Shown piece after piece: positions 1 through 9,763 of a stretch of DNA of 64,000 nucleotides. Every line of letters starts with the position of its first letter. Position 1 is the stretch's first letter. The stretch is from a virus: IMG/VR virus record IMGVR_UViG_3300045988_160359, positions 117,570 through 181,569 of that record. One strand, given 5' to 3'. The notes beneath the pieces are model-generated. The model was not told the DNA's origin. It did no database searches and saw only the letters and a list, made by a program, of their open reading frames with translations. The position numbers were made by a program, and so were the translations under genes.

Positions 1-228
1 TCGCACACGAGGATTAATATAATTTTCTCCAAGTAATTTCATTATATATTGTTCTAATTCAGCCTTTTCCTTATTCTCTTCTGGAGGTTTAACAATTTCT
101 TCTTCAGAAGTGACACCAGCACATTGAGGATGAGCATAACGACGAGTTCCAACTTGAACATATGGAAATTTATCTCTATCGAAAATCTATCCACAATAAA
201 AACATTTTACTTTATGTGCTATTTTCAA
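1..228 (-). CDS. Cys-rich zinc-finger-like protein, N-terminal portion; the gene runs off the window start. Putative TTG start at 226-228, in-frame TAG at 187-189
   Basis: Minus-frame translation gives M/L-KIAHKVKCFYCG[TAG]IFDRDKFPYVQVGTRRYAHPQCAGVTSEEEIVKPPEENKEKAELEQYIMKLLGENYINPRVR... continuing past position 1. RBS AAAGGAG lies upstream. The start codon is uncertain. Confidence 0.4.
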
Positions 229-235
229 TCACTCC

Positions 236-287
236 TTTCAATATTTCCTTATATAAATATTATATCATAAAAATGGATAAAAATCAA
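236..287 (-). promoter_or_regulatory. Sigma70-like promoter (TTGATT -35, 17-nt spacer, TGATATAAT extended -10) driving the partial gene at 1-228
   Basis: Minus strand reads TTGATTtttatccatttttatgaTATAATatttatataaggaaatattgAAAGGAG. It belongs to the promoter family repeated through the window. Confidence 0.5.
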
Positions 288-315
288 CCTGAGGCGGATT
301 TGAGTTCGCCTCAGG
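288..315 (-). terminator. Intrinsic terminator hairpin (CCTGAGGCG/CGCCTCAGG, 10-nt loop) after the AAA_24 ATPase gene
   Basis: Perfect 9-bp inverted repeat, followed on the minus strand by the T-rich TTGATTTTTAT that also forms the next -35. Confidence 0.6.
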
Positions 316-325
316 TCAATATTAA

Positions 326-1336
326 TTATTCAGTAATGGTTTTTGCTTCAATTGTTGGCATCAAATCTTCTTTGATTTCAGTTACAATCAAATCAATTAA
401 TTCAGCCTGATCAATTGTCGCATCATTAACTTTCTTACCCTTACCCAAATATTTATCAACAATCTGAGTAACACGGGGAGTGTAATATGCCTGATTCTTA
501 GCCATTAAAGTACCAACCAAATCCTGGAACTCTTCACGTAGAGCATCATAATCATAAGTTTTTGCGATAGATACTACATCACGAGCATCAGTAACAAATT
601 TATTATCATGCATTCCCGCTTCTTTATCAATAGCCTTATTCAGAGCATTTACCAAATTCTCATAAGTAAATTCAATTACAGGCTCAATATAACGGAAACG
701 ACATCCAGTCTCAGCACTGTTATCAGGAGAGCGTAGAACCAAACGAACCTTAGCCTCACCATTTTCAGTATACTTCTCAGCATAGGCATAAATATCAGCC
801 ATATCCTTAGCGATATTATTATAAGAACTAGGACAAGTAGGAATAATCTGATTATATTCAACACCAGCCTTAGTCTTAAATGTCTTATCCTTACTATGAG
901 AAATAAATACTACAGCATATCCCAGCTGAGTAATAGTGCGGAATACTTCCTCAAATTCCTTTTTCACCATATTCCAACCCTGTCCATAAGGAATACCAGA
1001 CAGAGCATCGACGCCATTCTGAGAGCAAATATACTTTTCACAGAGAGCACCGGCGATATCAACCGTATCAACGGCGATAGACTTAAATCTCTCTTTTACT
1101 TCTGGCTTTTTTAATTCGCGGAGAGTTTGCTTCATTTCACCCCAAGTGGTAATATCCTGAGCGATAACACCAGGCAAAGCATTATAACCACGCTCAAATG
1201 CCAGAATTAGAGGGGATGGCATATGAGAAGCAAATGTGGTTTTACCACTTTTCTCAGCGCCATAAACATATGTAATGTAACCAGACAGGTCACGACTAAC
1301 CTTATGAGGCTGTAGAGCCATCAAATCAATACCCAT
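326..1336 (-). CDS. AAA_24 family (Sak4-like) RecA-fold ATPase, probably a recombination/annealing helper
   Basis: 336-aa ORF with Walker A YGAEKSGKTTFA and overall AAA_24-like layout. True TAA stop at 326-328. RBS AAGGAG before the ATG at 1336. Confidence 0.6.
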   Translation of the reverse strand: MGIDLMALQPHKVSRDLSGYITYVYGAEKSGKTTFASHMPSPLILAFERGYNALPGVIAQDITTWGEMKQTLRELKKPEVKERFKSIAVDTVDIAGALCEKYICSQNGVDALSGIPYGQGWNMVKKEFEEVFRTITQLGYAVVFISHSKDKTFKTKAGVEYNQIIPTCPSSYNNIAKDMADIYAYAEKYTENGEAKVRLVLRSPDNSAETGCRFRYIEPVIEFTYENLVNALNKAIDKEAGMHDNKFVTDARDVVSIAKTYDYDALREEFQDLVGTLMAKNQAYYTPRVTQIVDKYLGKGKKVNDATIDQAELIDLIVTEIKEDLMPTIEAKTITE

Positions 1337-1487
1337 TATTTTTTCTCCTTAATATTTTTATTTTGTTCAAATGATTTTAAAACTTCATCTAATAATTTCT
1401 AGTCAATATAAAATTCATCATCATAATAAAGGGGCATTTCTGAACGATGGCCCCGAATTGGGGCCTCGTTATCTAAATGGCTCATTA

Positions 1488-2426
1488 TTAAAAATTAAAT
1501 TCTGCCTTAGAAGAAGCTGCAGCCGCTGGAGTAGTCTGGCCCTTAGAAGCCTTATACTCATCACGACGCTGTTTCATAGTTGCCAAATAAGTTTCACGAT
1601 TCGCAATCGCTGTAGTCAATTCAGAAGCAAGAATAGTATCTTCACTATCCCACTCATAAGGCTCTTTAGCTGCACCAGTAATTACGAAATCCTTACGAGT
1701 ACTCTGGACTTCACGCACAGAATCTTCACCAAACGCAGACTCTTCACGAATTTCACGCTTAATAACCTCAGATACCTGACGGCCCCAAACCTTAGTAAAT
1801 ACAGGATTAGAAGCAGTAGCACCCAAATCCTCAAAATAAGCCATGGCGCCAGCATTAGTAGCAGTAAACTCAACAGGCAAAATTTCATTACGGAAGTTAA
1901 ATACAACACCCTTAACGACTACCTTCTCAGGAGTCTTACGCTCATCATCGGCGTCAATATGAGTTACCTGAGTAATAACCATATCACACTTAAATGTATT
2001 GCGCTGAGTTTCATCTTCAGTAAGAACATTGGTAGTATGAACGAATCCACCCTCATTAGTTTTTACACTAACAAGCTCTTCCTTACCATTACGATCGGTA
2101 TAGAACTCATTCAAACCAATAGCAGAGTCAACACGAAGTTTAGCAGCCTTATCAGCGCCATCCTGCATATATGTTCCCACTACACCATCAATAATATTCT
2201 GAAGCAAAGAGTAGGTCGCATTCACACCACCCTTTGAAGTCTTCTCAGTCACATAAGTAAAATGAACAGGAACAATATTAGTCATAGCATCATCAGTTGC
2301 AATACTAATAGTTCCAGAAATAAAATTAGTTCCGGGAGCTTTAGAGTTAGGACCAGTTACCTTAGCCTCTAGAGCATGCTCGTATAGAATTCCTTCAATG
2401 TGAGTCTCATTCTTTACTTTCATCAT
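1488..2426 (-). CDS. Hypothetical protein, possibly the DNA-binding partner of the upstream ATPase
   Basis: 312-aa uninterrupted ORF in an operon with the AAA_24 gene. No confident motif. Ala/Ser/Lys-rich C-terminal tail. Confidence 0.45.
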   Translation of the reverse strand: MMKVKNETHIEGILYEHALEAKVTGPNSKAPGTNFISGTISIATDDAMTNIVPVHFTYVTEKTSKGGVNATYSLLQNIIDGVVGTYMQDGADKAAKLRVDSAIGLNEFYTDRNGKEELVSVKTNEGGFVHTTNVLTEDETQRNTFKCDMVITQVTHIDADDERKTPEKVVVKGVVFNFRNEILPVEFTATNAGAMAYFEDLGATASNPVFTKVWGRQVSEVIKREIREESAFGEDSVREVQSTRKDFVITGAAKEPYEWDSEDTILASELTTAIANRETYLATMKQRRDEYKASKGQTTPAAAASSKAEFNF

Positions 2427-2445
2427 AATATTATATTCTCCTTAA

Positions 2446-2805
2446 TTAATCAACAATTTCAAAATTCTTACCTTTATCTGTTAATACATAAATTACGGGG
2501 TCTTGACCCACCTTTTCTACAAACCCATCAGAAACAAGTTTTCTGAAAGCGCCAGATACTGCTCTAGATGAAATTACCAATCCTTCGGCCACTTCACGAG
2601 CTTTAACCATTGGCATTTCTGGATGTTCCCGCATCCACAGAATAATTTTTTTACCATTTTCTGTAAATGTTGGCTTTTCAATCTCTTCAGTTTTTCTAAA
2701 CGATTCCCAATAAAAGTGAGCATCTTCATTCATTTCTACTGGATTATTTTTTGTAGCTTCAATCAATGTCTCAACATATTTAATAAATTCAATTTTTTTA
2801 CTCAT
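2446..2805 (-). CDS. Winged-helix (MarR-like) DNA-binding protein
   Basis: 119 aa. ISSRAVSGAFRKLVSDGFVEKV resembles a wHTH recognition helix and wing. Confidence 0.5.
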   Translation of the reverse strand: MSKKIEFIKYVETLIEATKNNPVEMNEDAHFYWESFRKTEEIEKPTFTENGKKIILWMREHPEMPMVKAREVAEGLVISSRAVSGAFRKLVSDGFVEKVGQDPVIYVLTDKGKNFEIVD

Positions 2806-2879
2806 AATTAATTTTAATTAACTCACTTTCTCTTACTTTATATAAATATTATATCATTTTTTTTAAATAAAATCAAGAA
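2806..2879 (-). promoter_or_regulatory. Conserved phage promoter/leader module
   Basis: Plus strand ctttatataaatattatatcatttttttt...aaatcaag is the reverse complement of TTGATT-N17-TATAAT plus the shared leader. Confidence 0.5.
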
Positions 2880-3527
2880 TTAGTTAATTAATAGTTCCTG
2901 AGCATAAGGCAAAGTTTCTATCCATCTACAAAACGCTCGCCACTCAGGTAAACGATGATCTTTTCGTTGCATATAAATATTTCTTAAACAACGATAATTA
3001 GTAGTCATTCGCGCTGTTAGAGTAAATCCAGCAGGATTAGAATAAAGAATTTCAAGATATTTTCTTTTGGCAATATCATTTAATAGTTCACGTTGTGTAG
3101 AATCTTTTACATCTTCTAAACTTTGAATTATATTATTATAACCCTTAACTTTTTCTTTCATAATCTCAATAATGCGTTCATCAACGTATTCATTGTATTG
3201 ATTATCTAAATTAAACTTAGTAATACGATGCATTGTAGATTGAGAACTTACAAATTCAAGAAATCTATATCGTTCAGCTTCAACCCAAGCCTTATTACTA
3301 AATGTTAAATCAAAATTAACACGAATACCAGTCATAAATTGAGCATGAGCTCCATTACCAGTTTTCGTTGCATTTACCAAATTTTGGCAACGAGCCAAAT
3401 CTTTTTCAGTAATATCTCTATCAGGAATAATAGTTCTCATTGGGTATCCAGAAGCTAGAATACTTTTTTCCAAATCATAAATATCTACATTACTTACAAT
3501 ATTTTTATAATCCATTTCAATCCTCAT
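2880..3527 (-). CDS. Hypothetical protein
   Basis: 215-aa ORF, no confident domain call. Confidence 0.45.
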   Translation of the reverse strand: MRIEMDYKNIVSNVDIYDLEKSILASGYPMRTIIPDRDITEKDLARCQNLVNATKTGNGAHAQFMTGIRVNFDLTFSNKAWVEAERYRFLEFVSSQSTMHRITKFNLDNQYNEYVDERIIEIMKEKVKGYNNIIQSLEDVKDSTQRELLNDIAKRKYLEILYSNPAGFTLTARMTTNYRCLRNIYMQRKDHRLPEWRAFCRWIETLPYAQELLIN

Positions 3528-3792
3528 TACTTAGAGTATAGCCACTCAAATTATGGCCGAGAGATTTAACGAAACAATCAAGTTCATCAACAAACACCAT
3601 ACTGCCTTTTTGATAATTTCCATTTACATAATCATAATATGAAATAAAATTAATTCCAATAATTCCATATCTTTCTGCTTTAATTCTCATAGCATCAGGA
3701 TTAGAACAAGCAATAATAGCATTTTCCTCTTTGGCCAGTAGCATCAATCTACTTGTTTTTCCAGTTCCACGTTTATCAATTATTCTATACAT
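3517..3792 (-). CDS. Small P-loop protein (Walker A GTGKTS)
   Basis: 91 aa with DKRGTGKTSRLM. TGA stop at 3517. Its start overlaps the upstream gene stop in a TAATG coupling. Confidence 0.45.
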   Translation of the reverse strand: MYRIIDKRGTGKTSRLMLLAKEENAIIACSNPDAMRIKAERYGIIGINFISYYDYVNGNYQKGSMVFVDELDCFVKSLGHNLSGYTLSNED

Positions 3793-4760
3793 TATTTTAT
3801 ACTATACCCAAATTCTTTGGCTTTAAAAAAATCTTGCCAATAGTCTTCGCGTTCATCTAATTTTGAACGCTCACATTCTTCTATTACTTCAAATGAAAAA
3901 TTCTCTACACCAATAGCTTTCATAGCTGGGTAGAGTTTATTCTTAGTAACTGGATCAGCACCTAATCCACGTTTAATATGTTGTTTCCAACGTTCAGCCA
4001 AATTTGCCGCTTGACCTACATAGCACATCTAATTAGTTAAATTGGTAATTTTATAAATCCCAGTATGAGTTCCAGAACCAATTACACGACCAATTAAATC
4101 TGTAGTAGGTTTTTCATAATAACATTTCCAAATAACTTTATTAAGAGGCTCAGGATTCCGTAAATGTTTTTCAACTTCGCGCAATTCTTTAATTTCATCT
4201 AAATCTTCTTTTGGAATTGTTAATTTATAAAAATCACTTTGAGAGCGAATTTCTTCGGCTCTTTTACTCGCTTCAACAGAAGCATTTACTTTTTCAGATT
4301 GTTCTTTAATTGCTAAATCTAATTCTTTTAATTCAATTCTCTTTTGATTAATTAAATCAGAAATAGATTGAGCGCAATCAGCCATCATTTCTTTATAATC
4401 ATTCTAATACTATTCAGTTTGAGTAGTATAATAATTACTAGCATTTTCTAATGATTTGTCTAAATTAGTCTATGCTATTTCCATATTTTTTTGATAAAAT
4501 ATATCGGCTGATTCTTTAGCTTGCTGCTCTAGCGAAAAAATACTAGATTGAACTTCGTCTCTCTTCGCTTGAAGCGAAGCTAATTCAATCTGTAATTGTT
4601 TAGTCTCACCCTCTAGTCGCCATTTTTCACCAATTAAATTATTATTTAATCGTTCAATATCTAAATTATACTCTTGTGTTTTTTTAATTTTAGGCTAGAG
4701 TATAAAATAAACAACAACTCCACCAAGAATGAGTGATAATATACAAAATAGATAGAGCAT
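3792..4760 (-). CDS. Membrane-anchored coiled-coil protein with a C-terminal GIY-YIG nuclease domain; 5 in-frame TAG codons (4695, 4470, 4410, 4404, 4029)
   Basis: ATG at 4758-4760. N-terminal TM helix MLYLFCILSLILGGVVVYFIL, then coiled coil. The GIY-YIG motif TGIYKITNLTN[TAG]MCYVGQAANLAERWKQH spans a TAG. No TAA/TGA in frame until the TAA at 3792. Confidence 0.6.
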
Positions 4761-4770
4761 ATAAAATTAA

Positions 4771-4794
4771 AAGGGGTAGAAAAATCTACCCCTT
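4771..4794 (-). terminator. Intrinsic terminator (AAGGGGTAG/CTACCCCTT) after the 4810-5079 gene
   Basis: 9-bp perfect stem followed on the minus strand by TTTTAATTTTAT. Confidence 0.6.
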
Positions 4795-4809
4795 ATTTTA
4801 TATTATTAA

Positions 4810-5079
4810 TTACTCAGCATCAGGAGCATCGGGGTCGAAGCTCATGCCAGCAGGAGTTAGAGACAGGAACTTAACCTGCTTATGAGTACCATCCTCCAAC
4901 TCAATCTCAGCGGGAGTGCGGATACCCAAACCCTTGCGCTGAATAGCGGAAGTGAAAATACCATCAACAGAACGCTTCTCAAAACCCAGAGCGTCAGCCA
5001 CATCAGCAGCAGTCACGTTCTGACCATTGATCTCCTTTAAATAATTTAGAACCTTCTTAGAATTCTCTTTCATAGCCAT
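4810..5079 (-). CDS. Small HTH DNA-binding protein
   Basis: 89 aa. NVTAADVADALGFEKRSVDGIFT looks like a helix-turn-helix. Confidence 0.45.
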   Translation of the reverse strand: MAMKENSKKVLNYLKEINGQNVTAADVADALGFEKRSVDGIFTSAIQRKGLGIRTPAEIELEDGTHKQVKFLSLTPAGMSFDPDAPDAE

Positions 5080-5099
5080 AATAATAAATTCTCCTTAAA

Positions 5100-5158
5100 A
5101 TTAAATAATTATTTTTTTTAATTTGTGTAAATATTATATCAAAAAATTTTTTCTTTGT
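5100..5158 (-). promoter_or_regulatory. Conserved phage promoter (TTGACA-like -35, TGATATAAT -10)
   Basis: Plus strand ...gtgtaaatattatatcaaaaaattttttctttgtcaag is the reverse complement of TTGACAaagaaaaaattttTGATATAAT. Confidence 0.5.
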
Positions 5159-5352
5159 CAAGAATACGTCGCAAGAAGTTCCTGAACCATCTCGTCGATG
5201 ATTGTAATATCATCAAGACTATCAACATGGCTCGATAGAGTCATAATTTCCATTTGAGCCCGTTGGATTTCATCTTGATTATCACTTGTCTAAACAATAT
5301 GCTCCGCTTGAGCAATTTTTTTTGCGAGATTTTTTAGTTCTTTACGCTTCAT
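5159..5352 (-). CDS. Small hypothetical protein (64 aa) with one in-frame TAG at 5290-5292
   Basis: Translates as MKRKELKNLAKKIAQAEHIV[TAG]TSDNQDEIQRAQMEIMTLSSHVDSLDDITIIDEMVQELLATYS* and ends at a TGA. Confidence 0.3.
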
Positions 5353-5410
5353 TTAAAAATTTTCATCCTTAATTTTTACAATCATATTATATACAATTTT
5401 TTTCGGAAAG

Positions 5411-6622
5411 TCAAAATATAGTATCTATTAGGCAGTCTTCAAAATTTTTATCATCCCTGAAACATTTAAAGAACCCATGTCGTAGTGTATGTTCAGTATT
5501 ATTTTTTTCCATACACTGAATTGAAACAACACGATTGAGATACTTATCAGGATTTTTTGCAAAATCAGCTTTCAAATCATCAGTTAGTCCAGATGATACT
5601 GTTCCAATTTCTACAATTTTACCCTCATTATCCAAGGCTCCAAGTCGCATAGATGTCTTCCATCCATAAAAATAGGGTTTGGTAACTGGCATATAATATC
5701 TCTCATTATCATCTATTAGTTGAAGTCCCTAATTTGCATTACTATGATTTTGAGTGTATTTATAATAATAATTACCATTTAATAATTGAGGATTAACCCA
5801 GCCAGCAAAACAATGGTCTTCTTCGAAACAATCATAAAAACTTGGTTCTTTTACTTCCCAATATTGCCAACTCTGAATTTCTTTGCCATCATAATATTTA
5901 GTTGCATCCTCAAACCCAATACAAATGCAATCAATAAAATCCATTTTTTTAATTTTAACTGAAGACCAAGCCGGACGTTTATCTGGCACATAAACAGCGT
6001 CTTTCTTCTTAAGAACGACCCCTTCTTCACCTTTATCCAATGCGGAGGCTGTAAATTCTTGGATATTGGAAGTGTGTGCTTCAGCCAATTCTAAAAAATG
6101 ATATTGAGATAAATTAAATTTATCCCAGATTGCCTTAAGAACCTGATAGCGTGTCCAAGCACCCTTATCTTGTAAATCGACTCCATTATATCTAATTACA
6201 TCATGGAGATAATAATGAATTAGACCGGACGACTGCTGACGTGTAATCGCTTCAGGAGCTAAACATCCCATAATTTTAGTCACATCTTTAGACGTTTTAC
6301 CTGGATAATAGATTTCTCCGATTAAGATAGTTCCAGAAGGAAGACAATTTAATGCTACTGCAATATGAGGAACATTATCAAGTTTTTCAGTTAGAATGCC
6401 AGTGTTTGCGCTTATATTGCGACTAAATAAATAGCTATGATGTTCAGTTTTTTCAAATTGATACCAATAACCATCTTTCTTTAATTCTGCAAAATAATTG
6501 CCACTATTACAAACTTGCGGAAACATATTCTCTTTCCCGTCTGGAAGTTTCCAGATTTTCATCGCCTGAATACATTGCGCTTCAGGGGCAAATTTATCAA
6601 TTAATTCTTGTGAAAAACTCAT
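5411..6622 (-). CDS. lig: ATP-dependent DNA ligase (T7-like) with in-frame TAG at 5729-5731 joining the NTase and OB domains
   Basis: Motif I AELKKDGYWYQ (KxDG), motif EGVVLKKKD, SSVKIKK. The track ORFs 5729-6622 and 5411-5692 share one frame with only a TAG between them, and the OB-fold-like C-terminus continues. Confidence 0.8.
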
Positions 6623-6709
6623 TATTTTCTCCTTCTTTTATCTTATATACATATTATATAATTTTTTTTCTAAAAAAACAAGTTAAGGAGCCTAAACTCC
6701 TCAACTTAA

Positions 6710-9091
6710 TTATACTTTAGTGATTGATTTAATGCGACTATTACGAATTAATTGATTACCAACAGATAAACGACTTTGTAGAGGAATATCCTTTGCAGAT
6801 ACGCAAATTGTTGATTTATCTCCAACAATCAATACATTATCTTCATCAGCAACTAATGTTGCTCCAACAATATCACCACTTATATTGCTAGCCTTATATC
6901 CCGCAATACCTTTACCAGCACGCTTCTGAGCAGGGAATTCAGTCAAACTAACTTTTTTACCACTACCACTTTCGGTGAAAATGGCTAGAGTATCCGTATT
7001 ATGACGAATCGGCAATGCGCTAACAATTTCATCGCCTTCATTAAGACCAATGCCTTTTACGCCGTAAGACGCACGAGAAGTAGGTCCAATTTCATTAGAA
7101 TTAAATCTAATAACATTACCCTTTTTAGTAATTAATAGAAGCTCTTCATCTTTGATCAGAGAAACTAAAGCGAGTTTATCTCCCTCTTTAATTGAGACAG
7201 CGGCAATACCAGTTTTCTTTTTAGTTTTTACATATTCTTCCAAGGGAGTCTTTTTAACTAAACCATTTTTGCTTACAAACAATACAAATTTAGCATCAGT
7301 ATCCCTATAAATTGAATACATTGTAGCAGGCTCTTCATTAGGCATCATGTTCACTAATGCGCGAATTGATAGACCCTGTGATGTATTTGTTCCTACTGGA
7401 ATATCATTAACCAATAGACGATACATTAAACCTTTATTAGAAAAAATCATAAGAGAATCAATAGTATTGGTTCGCAATACACAGGAAGTAATATCATCTT
7501 GTGATTTTATACCTTTACCATTTTTCTTCTGGGTGCGGAATGATGCGGTAGGAATACGTTTAATAGTTCCACCTTCTGTCATTACTACAACGCATTTTTC
7601 AGGCTCAACTTCGGCAATTTCCTCGTCTTCTTTTGGAGTTGCTTCAATTTGAGTAATAACAGTTCTGCGTTCATCACCATATTTATTTTTAATCTCAATA
7701 AAAATTTTTCTTAATTCATCTGTTGGGTCTTTAAGAATTAATGCTAATTTATTAAATTCTGCTACTAATTCTTCTTTTTCAGTATTAATTTGTACCTTCT
7801 CTAATTTTGCCAAACGTGCTAATTTCATATCAAGAATAGCTTTAGCTTGAGCTTCAGAAAGATTATATTTTTCTACTAATGAAATTTTAGCAGCAGCAGA
7901 AGATTCAGATTGTTTAATTAATTTAATTACATTATCAATATCTTCTAATGCGATTAACAATCCTTCTAAAATATGAATTTTAGAAGCAATTTTATCAGAA
8001 TCATATTTGGTTTTACGAAGTAAAACATCTTTTTGATGGTCAATATAAATCTCAATTAATTCTTTAAGATTCAATAATTTAGGCTTTTTATTAACCAGAG
8101 CCACTTGATTAAAACTATATGTATCTTCAAGTCGAGTTAATTTATATAATTTATTAATAATAGGATTGATTGCAGTTCCTTTTGCTAATTCAATAACAAA
8201 ACGAACACCATCTTTATTACTTTCATCTCGAACTGCTACAATACCATCAAGTTTACCTGCTTCACATAATTTATCAACTTCAATAATTAAATCATCTTTT
8301 GATACTTTATATGGCATTGAAGTAAATACAATAGTATCATAACCATTTTTGCTTTCAATAGTATAATCAGCCCTTACGCGAGCGCGGCCTTTACCAGTTA
8401 TATAGGCACTACGTAATTCGTCTTTATTAATTAGCGTTGCTCCAGTAGGGAAATCTGGCCCTTTAACGTATTGGAGCAAATCATCAATAGAACAATCAGG
8501 CTTATCTAAGTCGCAAATAATAGCATCCATAATTTCAGTTAAATTATGAGGAGCAAATGAACAAGCCATAGCAACCGCAATACCAGTAGTGCCATTTACC
8601 ATCAAATGAGGGATGCGGCCAGGTAAATATACTGGTTCGTCTTCTACATCAGTATAAGCAAGTTGCCAATCAACTGTATTTTTTTTAATGTCTGCCAGCA
8701 TTTCTTCTCCAATAGGAGATAGTTTACATTCTGTATAACGATAAGCTGCTTCTTGTGCGCCATCACGAGAACCATTATTTCCATGAAATGCAATAGGAGG
8801 ATAGCGCATCGTCCAAGGTTGGCTTAAAATACACAATGCTCCATAAATAGAACTATCACCATGAGGATGAAAACGACCCATCGTATCACCTACTGGTTGC
8901 GCGCACTTAACGAATTTTTTATTATATGCGTATCCTTTATCAAACATATCATATAAAATTCGTCTTGCTACTGGTTTTAATCCATCTTCAGCAGAAGGAA
9001 TTGCACGGTCTGTAATTACACTAACACTATAATCTAAAAATGATTGTTCAACTTCATGAATAATTGGTGTTTGAATAATATTATTTTCCAA
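6710..9091 (-). CDS. Type IIA DNA topoisomerase subunit A (GyrA/ParC-like)
   Basis: 793 aa. RAIPSAEDGLKPVARRILYDMF and AAYRYTECKL are GyrA/ParC N-terminal hallmarks, including the catalytic Tyr region. Confidence 0.85.
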   Translation of the reverse strand: MENNIIQTPIIHEVEQSFLDYSVSVITDRAIPSAEDGLKPVARRILYDMFDKGYAYNKKFVKCAQPVGDTMGRFHPHGDSSIYGALCILSQPWTMRYPPIAFHGNNGSRDGAQEAAYRYTECKLSPIGEEMLADIKKNTVDWQLAYTDVEDEPVYLPGRIPHLMVNGTTGIAVAMACSFAPHNLTEIMDAIICDLDKPDCSIDDLLQYVKGPDFPTGATLINKDELRSAYITGKGRARVRADYTIESKNGYDTIVFTSMPYKVSKDDLIIEVDKLCEAGKLDGIVAVRDESNKDGVRFVIELAKGTAINPIINKLYKLTRLEDTYSFNQVALVNKKPKLLNLKELIEIYIDHQKDVLLRKTKYDSDKIASKIHILEGLLIALEDIDNVIKLIKQSESSAAAKISLVEKYNLSEAQAKAILDMKLARLAKLEKVQINTEKEELVAEFNKLALILKDPTDELRKIFIEIKNKYGDERRTVITQIEATPKEDEEIAEVEPEKCVVVMTEGGTIKRIPTASFRTQKKNGKGIKSQDDITSCVLRTNTIDSLMIFSNKGLMYRLLVNDIPVGTNTSQGLSIRALVNMMPNEEPATMYSIYRDTDAKFVLFVSKNGLVKKTPLEEYVKTKKKTGIAAVSIKEGDKLALVSLIKDEELLLITKKGNVIRFNSNEIGPTSRASYGVKGIGLNEGDEIVSALPIRHNTDTLAIFTESGSGKKVSLTEFPAQKRAGKGIAGYKASNISGDIVGATLVADEDNVLIVGDKSTICVSAKDIPLQSRLSVGNQLIRNSRIKSITKV

Positions 9092-9536
9092 TTGTAGCTT
9101 CCTCCTCTCCAGTAGCCAATCTATCAGCTAATTCATTCCATTTATGTCCTGAATGTCCTGAAATTTTTCTTAAATCCATTTTTAACCCAATATGATATAA
9201 ACGATCAAATGCTTTAAATAAATCAACATTTTCTGGAGCTTTGTTGTCTGTTTTCTTTATCCAATTAAATGTTTTCCAATTCCACATCCAAGTATTAATT
9301 GCATTAACACAATATGCAGAATCACTATACACAATTGGATTATATTTACCATATTCAGAAAATGCATATAAAATAGCTTTTAATTCTTCACGATTATTTG
9401 TTGTAGTAGTTTCACAATCTTTACGATATGTGGCTATTAATTCATCATCTTTGGTAATTACAACCCCAAATCCTCCTGAGCTATTTTTTGTACCATTTCC
9501 TCGACAAGAACCATCAGTATAAATAATATAACTCAT
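9081..9536 (-). CDS. rnhA: Ribonuclease HI
   Basis: 151 aa with YTDGSC...NNREEL...SGHSGHKWNELADRLA, the RNase H catalytic motifs. Confidence 0.85.
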   Translation of the reverse strand: MSYIIYTDGSCRGNGTKNSSGGFGVVITKDDELIATYRKDCETTTTNNREELKAILYAFSEYGKYNPIVYSDSAYCVNAINTWMWNWKTFNWIKKTDNKAPENVDLFKAFDRLYHIGLKMDLRKISGHSGHKWNELADRLATGEEEATIGK

Positions 9537-9763
9537 AGGACACCTCTTAAAAATGGATTTTGGTCGTGGTCAGAGAATATTGTGAACTCTTTAACAAAAT
9601 AATTATTAATTACATTTACTGTATTATTTGGAAATAGTTTATTTAATGCCTAATGAATTTCACGTGCTTCATCTACATTAACATCTTCACCTAAATGAGC
9701 AACAATAATATCACCAGGATATAAATTAACTACATTAACTTTAATATTCTCACACATCGACAT
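9533..9763 (-). CDS. Small hypothetical protein (76 aa) coupled between the topoisomerase B and RNase H genes; in-frame TAG at 9650-9652
   Basis: Its ATG sits inside the 3' end of the upstream gene and its TGA overlaps the rnhA ATG (ATGA). It exactly fills an otherwise non-coding gap. Confidence 0.35.

Noticed and set aside
162-410. Plus-strand ORF 162-410 at the window start
   Set aside because: It overlaps the terminator/promoter module and the minus-strand gene start. A/T-rich low-complexity translation with no RBS.
4389-4809. Apparent non-coding gaps or pseudogene fragments behind many genes (for example 4389-4809, 14042-14395, 52020-52256)
   Set aside because: Not decay. Each gap is in frame with its neighbours, contains only TAG as a stop and encodes recognisable domain continuations; this is explained by TAG reassignment.
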